From Octopus vulgaris (Eukaryota), in assembly GCA_951406725.2 (NCBI GenBank), contig OX597814.1:134602001-134666000 (forward strand): 64,000 nt of DNA, read 5' to 3'. How positions within the stretch are numbered: position 1 is the first letter of the stretch; each line of letters begins with the position of its first letter. Under the pieces are notes generated by a model. That model did no database searches, was not told where the DNA came from, and worked only from the letters and a program-made list of their open reading frames with translations. Of the stretch, positions 1 to 14,000 are shown piece after piece. The translations under genes were made by a program, and so were the position numbers.

Positions 1-1757
1 CCCATTTTTGCCTATTCATTTGTTATATACATAGTAAGAATGTTCGTTTTTATTTTCTTAACACCTTTTGCTTTATTTTCTTAACACATATATTTTAGTA
101 TAAATTTGTGATTGTAAATATATTGTACTTTACTGTTGCGTGCTAGTGTTTATTCATCTCTTTACTATTTGATTGCTAGTTAACTATATTATTACTTTAT
201 AAAATTGTGTTCCCTTTCAGCATTGTGAAATTATTACTAAGTTGTTTGTTGGTTATTTGTTGAGCACAGTTTTGTATGTATGTTTCTCTTGTTGTTTTTT
301 TTATTTGGTTTCCTTGTAGTGCAAAAAGCTTAAGCTAGCAAAGTACAGTAAGTAAGCAGTTTATTTATTTGATATAAAATGTCCTGTATTCTTTGCAACA
401 TGCTTTCTATATTTGACACAGAATCTGTAGGTCAAAGAAACAGATAGTTGGACTTGAAAAGACAGAAGGAATGAATTTCTGGCTGGTACAACAGCATTTT
501 TGCCTATTTATTATTGAGTTGTTTGTTGGTTATTTATTGAGCACAGTTTTGCCTGTGTCTTTTTGTTGTTTTTTCTGTTTCCTTTCCTTGCAGTCAAAAA
601 AAGCTTAAGCTAGCAAAGTACAGTAAGTAAGCAGTTTAGTTCTTTGATATAAAATGACCTGTATTGTTGTTTGGAACATGCTTTCGATATTTGACACACA
701 ATCTGTAGGTAAATGAAACAGGATGTTGGACTTGAAGAGACAGAAGAAATGAAATTTTGGTTGGTACGACCCCATTTTTGCCTATTCATTTGTTATATAC
801 ATAGTAAGAATGTTCGTTTTTATTTTCTTAACACCTTTTGCTTTATTTTCTTAACACATATATTTTAGTATAAATTTGTGATTGTAAATATATTGTACTT
901 TACTGTTGCGTGCTAGTGTTTATTCATCTCTTTACTATTTGATTGCTAGTTAACTATATTATTACTTTATAAAATTGTGTTCCCTTTCAGCATTGTGAAA
1001 TTATTACTAAGTTGTTTGTTGGTTATTTGTTGAGCACAGTTTTGTATGTATGTTTCTCTTGTTGTTTTTTATTTGGTTTCCTTGTAGTGCAAAAAGCTTA
1101 AGCTAGCAAAGTACAGTAAGTAAGCAGTTTATTTATTTGATATAAAATGTCCTGTATTCTTTGCAACATGCTTTCTATATTTGACACAGAATCTGTAGGT
1201 CAAAGAAACAGATAGTTGGACTTGAAAAGACAGAAGGAATGAATTTCTGGCTGGTACAACAGCATTTTTGCCTATTTATTATTGAGTTGTTTGTTGGTTA
1301 TTTATTGAGCACAGTTTTGCCTGTGTCTTTTTGTTGTTTTTCTGTTTGCTTTACTTGCAGTGAAAAAAAGCTTAAGCTAGCAACGTACAGTAAGTAAGCA
1401 GTTTAGTTCTTTGATATAAAATGACCTGTATTGTTGTTTGCAACATGCTTTCGATATTTGACACACAATCTGTAGGTAAAAGAAACAGAACGTTGAACTT
1501 GAAGAGACAGATGAAATGAAATTCTTGTTGGTACGACCGCATTTTTGCCTATTCATTTGTTATATACATAGGAAGAATGTTCGTCTTTGTTTTCTTAACA
1601 CCTTTTGCTTTATTTTCTTAACACATATATTTTAGTATCAATTTATGATTGTAAAGATATTGTACTTTACTGTTGTGTACTAGTGTTTACTAATCTCATT
1701 ACTATTTGATTGCTATTTAACTATATTATTACTTTATAAAATTGTGTTCCCTTTCAG

Positions 1758-1788
1758 CATTGTGAAATTATTATTGAGTTGTTTGTTG
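1758..1788 (+). other. Putative micro-exon A of the monomer (exemplar copy, 31 nt)
   Basis: tgttccctttcag|CATTGTGAAA...TGTTTGTTG|gtaata, with a TACTAAT branch-like motif ~70 nt upstream. The donor is weakened (gttatt) or lost in many other copies. Confidence 0.4.
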
Positions 1789-1855
1789 GTAATATGTTGA
1801 GCACAGTTTTGCTTCTGTGTTTCTGTTGTTGTTTTTCTGTTTGCTTTCCTTGCAG

Positions 1856-1884
1856 TGAAAAAAAGCTTAAGCTAGCAAAGTACA
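1856..1884 (+). other. Putative micro-exon B of the monomer (exemplar copy, 29 nt)
   Basis: ~40-nt T-rich tract ending ttccttgcag|TGAAAAAAAGCTTAAGCTAGCAAAGTACA|gtaagt. The acceptor is consensus and the GTAAGT donor is perfect; both are retained in essentially all copies. Confidence 0.6.
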
Positions 1885-1968
1885 GTAAGTAAGCAGTTTA
1901 GTTCTTTGATATGAAATGAACTGTATTGTTGTTTGCAACATGCTTTCGATATTTGACACAATCTGTAG

Positions 1969-2023
1969 GTAAAAGAAACAGAAAGTTGGACTTGAAGAGA
2001 CAGAAGAAATGAAATTCTTGTTG
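1969..2023 (+). other. Putative micro-exon C of the monomer (exemplar copy, 55 nt, purine-rich)
   Basis: tttgacacaatctgtag|GTAAAAGAAACAGAAAG...GAAGAGACAGAAGAAATGAAATTCTTGTTG|gtacga. A GAA-rich island in T-rich flanks; splice sites weaker than exon B. Confidence 0.4.
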
Positions 2024-5000
2024 GTACGACCGCATTTTTGCCTATTCATTTGTTATATACATAGGAAGAATGTTCGTCTTTGTTTTCTTAACACCTTTTG
2101 CTTTATTTTCTTAATACATATATTTTAGTATCAATTTATGATTGTAAAGATATTGTACTTTACTGTTGCGTACTAGTGTTTACTAATCTCATTACTATTT
2201 GATTGCTATTTAACTATAGTATTACTTTATAAAATTGTGTTCCCTTTCAGCATTGTGAAATTATTATTGAGTTGTTTGTTGGTAATATGTTGAGCACAGT
2301 TTTGCTTCTGTGTTTCTGTTGTTGTTTTTCTGTTTGCTTTCCTTGCAGTGAAAAAAGCTTAAGCTAGCAAAGTAAAGTAAGTAAGCAGTTTAGTTCTTTG
2401 ATATAAAATGACCTGTATTGTTGTTTGCAACATGCTTTCTATATTTGACACACCATCTGAAGGTAATAGAAACAGATAGTTGGAATTGAAAGGACAGAAG
2501 CAACAAAATTCTGGCTTGTACAACTGCATTTTTGCGTATTCATTTGCTATATACATAGTAAGAATGTTCGTCTTTATTTTCTTAAAACCTTTTGCTTTAT
2601 TTTCTTAACACATATATTTTAGTATCAATTTATGATCGTAAAATGTATGGTAAATGACTGTTGCGAGCTAGTCTTTATTCATCTCTTTACTATATTATTG
2701 CTAGTTAGCTATATTATTACTTTATAAAATTGTGTTCCCTTTCAGCATTGTGAAATTATTACTGAGTTGTTTGTTGGTTATTTGTTGAGCACAGTTTTGT
2801 ATGTATGTTTCTCTTGTTTTTTTTATTTGGTTTCCTTGCAGTGCAAAAAGCTTAAGCTAGCAATGTACAGTAAGTAAGCAGTTTAGTTATTTGATATAAA
2901 ATGTCCTGTATTGTTTGCAACATGCTTTCTACATTTGACACAGAATCTGTAGGTCAAAGAAACAGATAGTTGGACTTGAAAAGACAGAAGGAATGAATTT
3001 CTGGCTGGTACAACAGCATTTTTGCCTATTTATTATTGAGTTGTTTGTTGGTTATTTATTGAGCACAGTTTTGCCTGTGTCTTTTTGTTGTTTTTCTGTT
3101 TGCTTTCCTTGCAGTGAAAAAAAGCTTAAGCTAGCAACGTACAGTAAGTAAGCAGTTTAGTTCTTTGATATAAAATGACCTGTATTGTTGTTTGCAACAT
3201 GCTTTCTATATTTGAAACACCATCTGTAGGTAAAAGAAACAGACAGTTGGACTTGAAAGGACAGAAGCAACAAAATTCTGGCTTGTACAACTGCATTTTT
3301 GCGTATTCATTTGCTATATACATAGTAAGAATGTTCGTCTTTATTTTCTTAAAACCTTTTGCTTTATTTTCTTAACACATATATTTTAGTATCAATTTAT
3401 GATCGTAAAATGTATTGTAAATGACTGTTGCGTGCTAGTGTTTATTCATCTCTTTACTATTTGATTGCTACTTAACTATATTATTACTTTATAAAATTGT
3501 GTTCCCTTTCAGCATTGTGAAATTATTACTAAGTTGTTTGTTGGTTATTTGTTGAGCACAGTTTTGTATGTATGTTTCTCTTGTTGTTTTTTTTATTTGG
3601 TTTCCTTGCAGTGCAAAAAGCTTAAGCTAGCAAAGTACAGTAAGTAAGCAGTTTAGTTATTTGATATAAAATGTCCTGTACTGTTTGCAACATGCTTTCT
3701 ATATTTGACACAGAATCTGTAGGTCAAAGAAACAGATAGTTGGACTTGAAAAGACAGAAGGAATGAATTTCTGGCTGGTACAACAGCATTTTTGCCTATT
3801 TATTATTGAGTTGTTTGTTGGTTATTTATTGAGCACAGTTTTGCCTGTGTCTTTTTGTTGTTTTTCTGTTTGCTTTACTTGCAGTGAAAAAAAGCTTAAG
3901 CTAGCAACGTACAGTAAGTAAGCAGTTTAGTTCTTTGATATAAAATGACCTGTATTGTTGTTTGCAACATGCTTTCGATATTTGACACACAATCTGTAGG
4001 TAAAAGAAACAGAACGTTGAACTTGAAGAGACAGATGAAATGAAATTCTTGTTGGTACGACCGCATTTTTGCCTATTCATTTGTTATATACATAGGAAGA
4101 ATGTTCGTCTTTGTTTTCTTAACACCTTTTGCTTTATTTTCTTAACACATATATTTTAGTATCAATTTATGATTGTAAAGATATTGTACTTTACTGTTGT
4201 GTACTAGTGTTTACTAATCTCATTACTATTTGATTGCTATTTAACTATATTATTACTTTATAAAATTGTGTTCCCTTTCAGCATTGTGAAATTATTATTG
4301 AGTTGTTTGTTGGTAATATGTTGAGCACAGTTTTGCTTCTGTGTTTCTGTTGTTGTTTTTCTGTTTGCTTTCCTTGCAGTGAAAAAAAGCTTAAGCTAGC
4401 AAAGTACAGTAAGTAAGCAGTTTAGTTCTTTGATATGAAATGACCTGTATTGTTGTTTGCAACATGCTTTCGATATTTGACACAATCTGTAGGTAAAAGA
4501 AACAGAAAGTTGGACTTGAAGAGACAGAAGAAATGAAATTCTTGTTGGTACGACCGCATTTTTGCCTATTCATTTGTTATATACATAGGAAGAATGTTCG
4601 TCTTTGTTTTCTTAACACCTTTTGCTTTATTTTCTTAATACATATATTTTAGTATCAATTTATGATTGTAAAGATATTGTACTTTACTGTTGCGTACTAG
4701 TGTTTACTAATCTCATTACTATTTGATTGCTATTTAACTATAGTATTACTTTATAAAATTGTGTTCCCTTTCAGCATTGTGAAATTATTATTGAGTTGTT
4801 TGTTGGTAATATGTTGAGCACAGTTTTGCTTCTGTGTTTCTGTTGTTGTTTTTCTGTTTGCTTTCCTTGCAGTGAAAAAAAGCTTAAGCTAGCAAAGTAA
4901 AGTAAGTAAGCAGTTTAGTTCTTTGATATAAAATGACCTGTATTGTTGTTTGCAACATGCTTTCTATATTTGACACACCATCTGAAGGTAATAGAAACAG

Positions 5001-8000
5001 ATAGTTGGAATTGAAAGGACAGAAGCAACAAAATTCTGGCTTGTACAACTGCATTTTTGCGTATTCATTTGCTATATACATAGTAAGAATGTTCGTCTTT
5101 ATTTTCTTAAAACCTTTTGCTTTATTTTCTTAACACATATATTTTAGTATCAATTTATGATCGTAAAATGTATGGTAAATGACTGTTGCGAGCTAGTCTT
5201 TATTCATCTCTTTACTATATTATTGCTAGTTAGCTATATTATTACTTTATAAAATTGTGTTCCCTTTCAGCATTGTGAAATTATTACTGAGTTGTTTGTT
5301 GGTTATTTGTTGAGCACAGTTTTGTATGTATGTTTCTCTTGTTTTTTTTATTTGGTTTCCTTGCAGTGCAAAAAGCTTAAGCTAGCAATGTACAGTAAGT
5401 AAGCAGTTTAGTTATTTGATATAAAATGTCCTGTATTGTTTGCAACATGCTTTCTACATTTGACACAGAATCTGTAGGTCAAAGAAACAGATAGTTGGAC
5501 TTGAAAAGACAGAAGGAATGAATTTCTGGCTGGTACAACAGCATTTTTGCCTATTTATTATTGAGTTGTTTGTTGGTTATTTATTGAGCACAGTTTTGCC
5601 TGTGTCTTTTTGTTGTTTTTCTGTTTGCTTTCCTTGCAGTGAAAAAAAGCTTAAGCTAGCAACGTACAGTAAGTAAGCAGTTTAGTTCTTTGATATAAAA
5701 TGACCTGTATTGTTGTTTGCAACATGCTTTCTATATTTGAAACACCATCTGTAGGTAAAAGAAACAGACAGTTGGACTTGAAAGGACAGAAGCAACAAAA
5801 TTCTGGCTTGTACAACTGCATTTTTGCGTATTCATTTGCTATATACATAGTAAGAATGTTCGTCTTTATTTTCTTAAAACCTTTTGCTTTATTTTCTTAA
5901 CACATATATTTTAGTATCAATTTATGATCGTAAAATGTATTGTAAATGACTGTTGCGTGCTAGTGTTTATTCATCTCTTTACTATTTGATTGCTACTTAA
6001 CTATATTATTACTTTATAAAATTGTGTTCCCTTTCAGCATTGTGAAATTATTACTAAGTTGTTTGTTGGTTATTTGTTGAGCACAGTTTTGTATGTATGT
6101 TTCTCTTGTTGTTTTTTATTTGGTTTCCTTGCAGTGCAAAAAGCTTAAGCTAGCAAAGTACAGTAAGTAAGCAGTTTAGTTATTTGATATAAAATGTCCT
6201 GTACTGTTTGCAACATGCTTTCTATATTTGACACAGAATCTGTAGGTCAAAGAAACAGATAGTTGGACTTGAAAAGACAGAAGGAATGAATTTCTGGCTG
6301 GTACAACAGCATTTTTGCCTATTTATTATTGAGTTGTTTGTTGGTTATTTATTGAGCACAGTTTTGCCTGTGTCTTTTTGTTGTTTTTCTGTTTGCTTTA
6401 CTTGCAGTGAAAAAAAGCTTAAGCTAGCAACGTACAGTAAGTAAGCAGTTTAGTTCTTTGATATAAAATGACCTGTATTGTTGTTTGCAACATGCTTTCG
6501 ATATTTGACACACAATCTGTAGGTAAAAGAAACAGAACGTTGAACTTGAAGAGACAGATGAAATGAAATTCTTGTTGGTACGACCGCATTTTTGCCTATT
6601 CATTTGTTATATACATAGGAAGAATGTTCGTCTTTGTTTTCTTAACACCTTTTGCTTTATTTTCTTAACACATATATTTTAGTATCAATTTATGATTGTA
6701 AAGATATTGTACTTTACTGTTGTGTACTAGTGTTTACTAATCTCATTACTATTTGATTGCTATTTAACTATATTATTACTTTATAAAATTGTGTTCCCTT
6801 TCAGCATTGTGAAATTATTATTGAGTTGTTTGTTGGTAATATGTTGAGCACAGTTTTGCTTCTGTGTTTCTGTTGTTGTTTTTCTGTTTGCTTTCCTTGC
6901 AGTGAAAAAAAGCTTAAGCTAGCAAAGTACAGTAAGTAAGCAGTTTAGTTCTTTGATATGAAATGACCTGTATTGTTGTTTGCAACATGCTTTCGATATT
7001 TGACACAATCTGTAGGTAAAAGAAACAGAAAGTTGGACTTGAAGAGACAGAAGAAATGAAATTCTTGTTGGTACGACCGCATTTTTGCCTATTCATTTGT
7101 TATATACATAGGAAGAATGTTCGTCTTTGTTTTCTTAACACCTTTTGCTTTATTTTCTTAATACATATATTTTAGTATCAATTTATGATTGTAAAGATAT
7201 TGTACTTTACTGTTGCGTACTAGTGTTTACTAATCTCATTACTATTTGATTGCTATTTAACTATAGTATTACTTTATAAAATTGTGTTCCCTTTCAGCAT
7301 TGTGAAATTATTATTGAGTTGTTTGTTGGTAATATGTTGAGCACAGTTTTGCTTCTGTGTTTCTGTTGTTGTTTTTCTGTTTGCTTTCCTTGCAGTGAAA
7401 AAAAGCTTAAGCTAGCAAAGTAAAGTAAGTAAGCAGTTTAGTTCTTTGATATAAAATGACCTGTATTGTTGTTTGCAACATGCTTTCTATATTTGACACA
7501 CCATCTGAAGGTAATAGAAACAGATAGTTGGAATTGAAAGGACAGAAGCAACAAAATTCTGGCTTGTACAACTGCATTTTTGCGTATTCATTTGCTATAT
7601 ACATAGTAAGAATGTTCGTCTTTATTTTCTTAAAACCTTTTGCTTTATTTTCTTAACACATATATTTTAGTATCAATTTATGATCGTAAAATGTATGGTA
7701 AATGACTGTTGCGAGCTAGTCTTTATTCATCTCTTTACTATATTATTGCTAGTTAGCTATATTATTACTTTATAAAATTGTGTTCCCTTTCAGCATTGTG
7801 AAATTATTACTGAGTTGTTTGTTGGTTATTTGTTGAGCACAGTTTTGTATGTATGTTTCTCTTGTTTTTTTTATTTGGTTTCCTTGCAGTGCAAAAAGCT
7901 TAAGCTAGCAATGTACAGTAAGTAAGCAGTTTAGTTATTTGATATAAAATGTCCTGTATTGTTTGCAACATGCTTTCTACATTTGACACAGAATCTGTAG

Positions 8001-11000
8001 GTCAAAGAAACAGATAGTTGGACTTGAAAAGACAGAAGGAATGAATTTCTGGCTGGTACAACAGCATTTTTGCCTATTTATTATTGAGTTGTTTGTTGGT
8101 TATTTATTGAGCACAGTTTTGCCTGTGTCTTTTTGTTGTTTTTCTGTTTGCTTTCCTTGCAGTGAAAAAAGCTTAAGCTAGCAACGTACAGTAAGTAAGC
8201 AGTTTAGTTCTTTGATATAAAATGACCTGTATTGTTGTTTGCAACATGCTTTCTATATTTGAAACACCATCTGTAGGTAAAAGAAACAGACAGTTGGACT
8301 TGAAAGGACAGAAGCAACAAAATTCTGGCTTGTACAACTGCATTTTTGCGTATTCATTTGCTATATACATAGTAAGAATGTTCGTCTTTATTTTCTTAAA
8401 ACCTTTTGCTTTATTTTCTTAACACATATATTTTAGTATCAATTTATGATCGTAAAATGTATTGTAAATGACTGTTGCGTGCTAGTGTTTATTCATCTCT
8501 TTACTATTTGATTGCTACTTAACTATATTATTACTTTATAAAATTGTGTTCCCTTTCAGCATTGTGAAATTATTACTAAGTTGTTTGTTGGTTATTTGTT
8601 GAGCACAGTTTTGTATGTATGTTTCTCTTGTTGTTTTTTTTATTTGGTTTCCTTGCAGTGCAAAAAGCTTAAGCTAGCAAAGTACAGTAAGTAAGCAGTT
8701 TAGTTATTTGATATAAAATGTCCTGTACTGTTTGCAACATGCTTTCTATATTTGACACAGAATCTGTAGGTCAAAGAAACAGATAGTTGGACTTGAAAAG
8801 ACAGAAGGAATGAATTTCTGGCTGGTACAACAGCATTTTTGCCTATTTATTATTGAGTTGTTTGTTGGTTATTTATTGAGCACAGTTTTGCCTGTGTCTT
8901 TTTGTTGTTTTTCTGTTTGCTTTACTTGCAGTGAAAAAAAGCTTAAGCTAGCAACGTACAGTAAGTAAGCAGTTTAGTTCTTTGATATAAAATGACCTGT
9001 ATTGTTGTTTGCAACATGCTTTCGATATTTGACACACAATCTGTAGGTAAAAGAAACAGAACGTTGAACTTGAAGAGACAGATGAAATGAAATTCTTGTT
9101 GGTACGACCGCATTTTTGCCTATTCATTTGTTATATACATAGGAAGAATGTTCGTCTTTGTTTTCTTAACACCTTTTGCTTTATTTTCTTAACACATATA
9201 TTTTAGTATCAATTTATGATTGTAAAGATATTGTACTTTACTGTTGTGTACTAGTGTTTACTAATCTCATTACTATTTGATTGCTATTTAACTATATTAT
9301 TACTTTATAAAATTGTGTTCCCTTTCAGCATTGTGAAATTATTATTGAGTTGTTTGTTGGTAATATGTTGAGCACAGTTTTGCTTCTGTGTTTCTGTTGT
9401 TGTTTTTCTGTTTGCTTTCCTTGCAGTGAAAAAAAGCTTTAAGCTAGCAAAGTACAGTAAGTAAGCAGTTTAGTTCTTTGATATGAAATGACCTGTATTG
9501 TTGTTTGCAACATGCTTTCGATATTTGACACAATCTGTAGGTAAAAGAAACAGAAAGTTGGACTTGAAGAGACAGAAGAAATGAAATTCTTGTTGGTACG
9601 ACCGCATTTTTGCCTATTCATTTGTTATATACATAGGAAGAATGTTCGTCTTTGTTTTCTTAACACCTTTTGCTTTATTTTCTTAATACATATATTTTAG
9701 TATCAATTTATGATTGTAAAGATATTGTACTTTACTGTTGCGTACTAGTGTTTACTAATCTCATTACTATTTGATTGCTATTTAACTATAGTATTACTTT
9801 ATAAAATTGTGTTCCCTTTCAGCATTGTGAAATTATTATTGAGTTGTTTGTTGGTAATATGTTGAGCACAGTTTTGCTTCTGTGTTTCTGTTGTTGTTTT
9901 TCTGTTTGCTTTCCTTGCAGTGAAAAAAGCTTAAGCTAGCAAAGTAAAGTAAGTAAGCAGTTTAGTTCTTTGATATAAAATGACCTGTATTGTTGTTTGC
10001 AACATGCTTTCTATATTTGACACACCATCTGAAGGTAATAGAAACAGATAGTTGGAATTGAAAGGACAGAAGCAACAAAATTCTGGCTTGTACAACTGCA
10101 TTTTTGCGTATTCATTTGCTATATACATAGTAAGAATGTTCGTCTTTATTTTCTTAAAACCTTTTGCTTTATTTTCTTAACACATATATTTTAGTATCAA
10201 TTTATGATCGTAAAATGTATGGTAAATGACTGTTGCGAGCTAGTCTTTATTCATCTCTTTACTATATTATTGCTAGTTAGCTATATTATTACTTTATAAA
10301 ATTGTGTTCCCTTTCAGCATTGTGAAATTATTACTGAGTTGTTTGTTGGTTATTTGTTGAGCACAGTTTTGTATGTATGTTTCTCTTGTTTTTTTTATTT
10401 GGTTTCCTTGCAGTGCAAAAAGCTTAAGCTAGCAATGTACAGTAAGTAAGCAGTTTAGTTATTTGATATAAAATGTCCTGTATTGTTTGCAACATGCTTT
10501 CTACATTTGACACAGAATCTGTAGGTCAAAGAAACAGATAGTTGGACTTGAAAAGACAGAAGGAATGAATTTCTGGCTGGTACAACAGCATTTTTGCCTA
10601 TTTATTATTGAGTTGTTTGTTGGTTATTTATTGAGCACAGTTTTGCCTGTGTCTTTTTGTTGTTTTTCTGTTTGCTTTCCTTGCAGTGAAAAAAAGCTTA
10701 AGCTAGCAACGTACAGTAAGTAAGCAGTTTAGTTCTTTGATATAAAATGACCTGTATTGTTGTTTGCAACATGCTTTCTATATTTGAAACACCATCTGTA
10801 GGTAAAAGAAACAGACAGTTGGACTTGAAAGGACAGAAGCAACAAAATTCTGGCTTGTACAACTGCATTTTTGCGTATTCATTTGCTATATACATAGTAA
10901 GAATGTTCGTCTTTATTTTCTTAAAACCTTTTGCTTTATTTTCTTAACACATATATTTTAGTATCAATTTATGATCGTAAAATGTATTGTAAATGACTGT

Positions 11001-14000
11001 TGCGTGCTAGTGTTTATTCATCTCTTTACTATTTGATTGCTACTTAACTATATTATTACTTTATAAAATTGTGTTCCCTTTCAGCATTGTGAAATTATTA
11101 CTAAGTTGTTTGTTGGTTATTTGTTGAGCACAGTTTTGTATGTATGTTTCTCTTGTTGTTTTTTTTATTTGGTTTCCTTGCAGTGCAAAAAGCTTAAGCT
11201 AGCAAAGTACAGTAAGTAAGCAGTTTAGTTATTTGATATAAAATGTCCTGTACTGTTTGCAACATGCTTTCTATATTTGACACAGAATCTGTAGGTCAAA
11301 GAAACAGATAGTTGGACTTGAAAAGACAGAAGGAATGAATTTCTGGCTGGTACAACAGCATTTTTGCCTATTTATTATTGAGTTGTTTGTTGGTTATTTA
11401 TTGAGCACAGTTTTGCCTGTGTCTTTTTGTTGTTTTTCTGTTTGCTTTACTTGCAGTGAAAAAAAGCTTAAGCTAGCAACGTACAGTAAGTAAGCAGTTT
11501 AGTTCTTTGATATAAAATGACCTGTATTGTTGTTTGCAACATGCTTTCGATATTTGACACACAATCTGTAGGTAAAAGAAACAGAACGTTGAACTTGAAG
11601 AGACAGATGAAATGAAATTCTTGTTGGTACGACCGCATTTTTGCCTATTCATTTGTTATATACATAGGAAGAATGTTCGTCTTTGTTTTCTTAACACCTT
11701 TTGCTTTATTTTCTTAACACATATATTTTAGTATCAATTTATGATTGTAAAGATATTGTACTTTACTGTTGTGTACTAGTGTTTACTAATCTCATTACTA
11801 TTTGATTGCTATTTAACTATATTATTACTTTATAAAATTGTGTTCCCTTTCAGCATTGTGAAATTATTATTGAGTTGTTTGTTGGTAATATGTTGAGCAC
11901 AGTTTTGCTTCTGTGTTTCTGTTGTTGTTTTTCTGTTTGCTTTCCTTGCAGTGAAAAAAAGCTTAAGCTAGCAAAGTACAGTAAGTAAGCAGTTTAGTTC
12001 TTTGATATGAAATGACCTGTATTGTTGTTTGCAACATGCTTTCGATATTTGACACAATCTGTAGGTAAAAGAAACAGAAAGTTGGACTTGAAGAGACAGA
12101 AGAAATGAAATTCTTGTTGGTACGACCGCATTTTTGCCTATTCATTTGTTATATACATAGGAAGAATGTTCGTCTTTGTTTTCTTAACACCTTTTGCTTT
12201 ATTTTCTTAATACATATATTTTAGTATCAATTTATGATTGTAAAGATATTGTACTTTACTGTTGCGTACTAGTGTTTACTAATCTCATTACTATTTGATT
12301 GCTATTTAACTATAGTATTACTTTATAAAATTGTGTTCCCTTTCAGCATTGTGAAATTATTATTGAGTTGTTTGTTGGTAATATGTTGAGCACAGTTTTG
12401 CTTCTGTGTTTCTGTTGTTGTTTTTCTGTTTGCTTTCCTTGCAGTGAAAAAAAGCTTAAGCTAGCAAAGTACAGTAAGTAAGCAGTTTAGTTCTTTGATA
12501 TAAAATGACCTGTATTGTTGTTTGCAACATGCTTTCGATATTTGACACACCATCTGTAGGTAAAAGTATCAGAAAGTCGGACTTGAAGACACAGCAGAAA
12601 TGAAATTCTGGTTGGTACGACCGCATTTTTGCCTATTCATTTGTTATATGCATAGGAAGAATGTTTGTCTTTGTTTTCTTAACACCTTTCGCTTTATTTT
12701 CTTTACATATATTTTAGTATAAATATATGATTGTAAAATATTGTACTTTACTGTTGTGTACTAGTGTTTACTAATCTCATTACTATTTGATTGCTATTTA
12801 ACTATATTATTACTTTATATAACTCTGTTCCCTTTCAGCATTGTGAAATTATTATTGAGTTGTTTGTTCCTTATTTGTTGAGCATAGTTTTGTTTGTGTG
12901 TTTCTGTTGTTGTTTTTCAATTTGGTTTCCTTGCAGTGAAAAAAAGCTTAAGCTAGCAAAGTACTGTAACTAAACAGTTTAGTTCTTTGATATAAAATGA
13001 CCTGTATTGTTGTTTGCAACATGCTTTCTATATTTGACACACCATCTATAGGTAAAAGAAACAGATAGTTGGACTTGAAAGGACAGAACCAATAAAATTC
13101 TGGCTTGTACAACCGCATTTTTGCCTTTTCATTTGCTATATACATGGCAAGAATGTTCGTCTTAATTTTCTTATAACCTTTGGCTTTATTTTCTTAACAC
13201 ATATATTTTAGTATCAATTTATGATCGTAAAATTTATTCTAAATGACTGTTGCGTGCTAGTGTTTACTCATCTCATTATTATTTGATTGGTAGTTAACTA
13301 TGTTATTACCTTAAAAATTTGTGTTCCCTTTCACCATTGTGAAATTATTATTGAGTTGTTTGTTGGTTATTTATTCAGCACAGTTTTACCTGTGTCTTTT
13401 TGTTGTTGTTTTTCTGTTTGCTTTCCTTGCAGTGAAAAAAAGCTGAAGCTAGCAAATTACAGTAAGTAAGCAGTTTAGTTCCTTGATATAAAATGACCTG
13501 TATTGTTGTTTGGAACATGCTTTCGATATTTGACACACAATCTGTAAGTAAATGAAACAGAAAGTTGGACTTGAAGAGACAGAAGAAATGAAATTTTGGT
13601 ATGACCCCATTTTTGCCTATTCATTTGTTATATACATAGTAAGAATGTTCGTTTTTATTTTCTTAACACATATATTTTAGTATAAATTTGTGATTGTAAA
13701 TATATTGTACTTTACTGTTGCGTGCTAGTGTTTACTCATCTCTTTACTATTTCATTGCTAGTTGACTATATTATTACTTTATATAACTCTGTTCCTTTTC
13801 AGCATTGTGAAATTATTATTGAGTTGTTTGTTGGTAATATGTTGAGCACAGTTTTGCTTCTGTGTTTCTGTTGTTGTTTTTCTGTTTGCCTTCCTTGCAG
13901 TGAAAAAACGCGTAAGCTAGCAAAGTATAGTAAGTAAGCAGTTTACTTCTTTGATATTAAATGACCTGAATTGTTGTTTGCAACATGTTTTCGATATTTG

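Larger units (their letters stand above)
850..12480. repeat. Homogeneous higher-order repeat, ~2,524 bp = 4 long + 2 short monomers (L-L-L-S-L-S), ~4.5 copies
   Basis: Near-identical spurious ORFs recur at 1867, 4391, 6914, 9439 and 11963 (spacing 2523-2525). Monomer spacings 496+492+492+274+496+274 sum to 2524. Copies differ mainly in homopolymer lengths. Confidence 0.95.

Noticed and set aside
1758-1790. Ankyrin-like words (HCEII, IVKLLL) in exon A
   Set aside because: Only 5-6 residues, in different frames, with no TPLH motif and immediate stops; attributable to ATT repeats.
850-12480. A/T homopolymer length differences between HOR copies as functional frame switches
   Set aside because: They are indistinguishable from sequencing/consensus error or slippage, and no coding frame is established.
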